A DNA stretch of 64,000 nucleotides from Sulfurospirillaceae bacterium (GTDB lineage: Bacteria > Campylobacterota > Campylobacteria > Campylobacterales > Sulfurospirillaceae): positions 288,001 to 352,000 of the forward strand of contig JAWVXD010000002.1 of assembly GCA_033723415.1 (NCBI GenBank), in the 5' to 3' direction. Position numbers and translations under genes: made by a program. The notes under the pieces were generated by a model. The model was not told where the DNA came from and did no database searches. It saw only the letters and a list, made by a program, of their open reading frames with translations. Shown here piece by piece: positions 59,502 to 64,000 of this stretch (position 1 is its first letter; the number at the start of each line of letters is the position of its first letter).

Positions 59502-60707
59502 TTAGCTCTCTAAAAAATTTTCAATTTCTTTTGCAAGTTCATAAAAATCCACATCGCCGTCTCTATAATTTTCTTTTAAACTTTTAAGTATATATTCTTT
59601 GCCCTGTATCAATTCTTTTGATTTCACACCATGAGATATAGACAAAGTCGCTTCTATAAAAGCGGATAATCTGTCACAATTTTTCAAAGCTCTACCATCT
59701 ATAGGTTGGTAAATATCAAGATTATATTCATTTATATTATCTACTATTTTTACTTCATCGTTGTCAATTATTTTATCCAAAAATTCATTTTTCTTACCAT
59801 CATATAATCCCAGGATATACTGAAAATCTTTTAAAAATTTTGAAGGTACATATGGAAATATTTCATCATCCATGACTTTCATTTCATATTCACTTATGAT
59901 ATCGTCTAAACCACTTACGGAATATTTCACAGGTGAGATTATGTCTCTGGTTAGAGCTTCCGGGAGATCATGGAAAAGTGCACAATAAAAATTATTTTCA
60001 ACTCTTTGATCACAAGCTTTGAGTTGTAAAGAGTAAAAATAACTTAAAATTGCGACGATAAGCATATGTCCTAGAACAGAGGTTTCAGGAACTCTTGGTG
60101 TTTGTGCCCATCTTTTTTGAAATCTAAGCCTTCCGCTTAAGTCAATAATCTTTGATATTTTTTTATTTAAAGAGATCTTTCTAACACTGACCAATTCATA
60201 ATAATCTTCTATCTCCTCATCAACTGCTTCTTTAACCTTCTCAATTCCGCTTAAAAATTGACTTGTCTGATATACTATAGAAAATTCCCATTTTGTGGAT
60301 AGATATGATGCTGCTTTTAGTATAAATCTTTCTTTCTTATACATACTAGGATCATTCAGATAACGCTCGAATCTTTTTAGAAACTCTCCATTTTCTATAT
60401 CCTGAATAGAACTTATAAGTTTTGATAAAACCCAGGCATTTATCTCTTTTTCTTTTAATTGAAGTGCTTTTCTAAAAACATCAGGTCTGATGTCCGTAAC
60501 TACCACACGTCTTAAAAATTCAAAGATTCCTGCTTCTATAAGATGTACTTTATTGATATCTTCTTCTATATTTGCCATAAAATATGCTATGACAAACTTG
60601 TGTGCTTGTTTGTCCAGTTCTACTAAGTTTACCATACGTGGATAATCATTCCATCGCTGAATTGAAGCTGCTGCGAAAAAATGTTCTATTAGTTCCGGAC
60701 TTAACAT
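59502..60707 (-). CDS. HD-domain phosphohydrolase family protein
   Basis: QKRW...SVLGH...FHDLPE...CDRL; the N-terminal half is a degenerate repeat (IQRW...ELDKQAH). Confidence 0.85.
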   Translation of the reverse strand: MLSPELIEHFFAAASIQRWNDYPRMVNLVELDKQAHKFVIAYFMANIEEDINKVHLIEAGIFEFLRRVVVTDIRPDVFRKALQLKEKEINAWVLSKLISSIQDIENGEFLKRFERYLNDPSMYKKERFILKAASYLSTKWEFSIVYQTSQFLSGIEKVKEAVDEEIEDYYELVSVRKISLNKKISKIIDLSGRLRFQKRWAQTPRVPETSVLGHMLIVAILSYFYSLQLKACDQRVENNFYCALFHDLPEALTRDIISPVKYSVSGLDDIISEYEMKVMDDEIFPYVPSKFLKDFQYILGLYDGKKNEFLDKIIDNDEVKIVDNINEYNLDIYQPIDGRALKNCDRLSAFIEATLSISHGVKSKELIQGKEYILKSLKENYRDGDVDFYELAKEIENFLES

Positions 60708-60711
60708 AAAT

Positions 60712-61084
60712 CTATCCTTTATTTATCTTCTCGGAGTCTATTTCTATAGTAGTATGTACGTTTCCTCTAGGGTTAAAATCAGCAAATACTTTGAGCCACT
60801 TTGGTTTTAATTTTGAATATAAAGTATCATAAATCTCATTTGCACTATCTTCATGAGAAATGTGACGTGTCATAAAACTGTTAATGTATAATTTTATAGC
60901 TTTAAGTTCAACTACAAAATCTTGTGGAATATAATCTATATATATCGTTGCAAAATCAGGATATCCACTTCGTGGACACAAACAAAAAAACTCAGGTAGA
61001 GTTATTTTTATCACATAATTTTTTTTGTGTTTATTTGGCCATATTTCCAAATCTTTTTCGATATCAAATTCTACTATTTCTTTT

Positions 61085-61098
<14 letters not shown>
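60712..61098 (-). CDS. queF: PreQ1 synthase (7-cyano-7-deazaguanine reductase, type I)
   Basis: EFFCLCPRSGYPDFA, VELKAIKLY, HE, PRG. Confidence 0.95.

Positions 61099-64000
<2,902 letters not shown>

Overview
AT-rich bacterial chromosome segment, inferred to be from a free-living Campylobacterota (Epsilonproteobacteria, Sulfurospirillum-like). The inference rests on gene order (rsmA/hisF-nucleoside phosphorylase-rlmN, purB-nrdA...nrdB-nitrilase-pcm, gyrB-GGDEF/EAL-queF-HD) and on TGnTATAAT-type promoters. The left third is mostly housekeeping, but a racemase and a class III ribonucleotide reductase locus sit between nrdA and nrdB, and the glycyl-radical motif of NrdD is on a separate 54-aa ORF that the ORF track missed. 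After a four-tRNA operon comes about 30 kb of accessory genes: a 12-gene aryl-polyene-like type II PKS/glycolipid cluster, a PAS-GGDEF protein, a glucosylglycerate operon followed by galU, a methyltransferase and an AlkA-like gene, a Tat-type superoxide reductase, a divergent DUF1445/DUF4392 pair (the two halves of D-glutamate cyclase), a DUF2156-GNAT pair, MscS/CorA/DASS transporters and a two-component system. The right end holds tRNA-Ser, a Fur-family regulator, hemerythrin, SRP RNA, queF and partial gyrB. Also read directly from the sequence: two unannotated ~31-aa membrane peptides, a switch-like structured leader on the DEAD-box helicase gene, and several leaderless-mRNA candidates. I saw no integrase, transposase or CRISPR array. 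All family calls come from motif recognition; no database searches were run.
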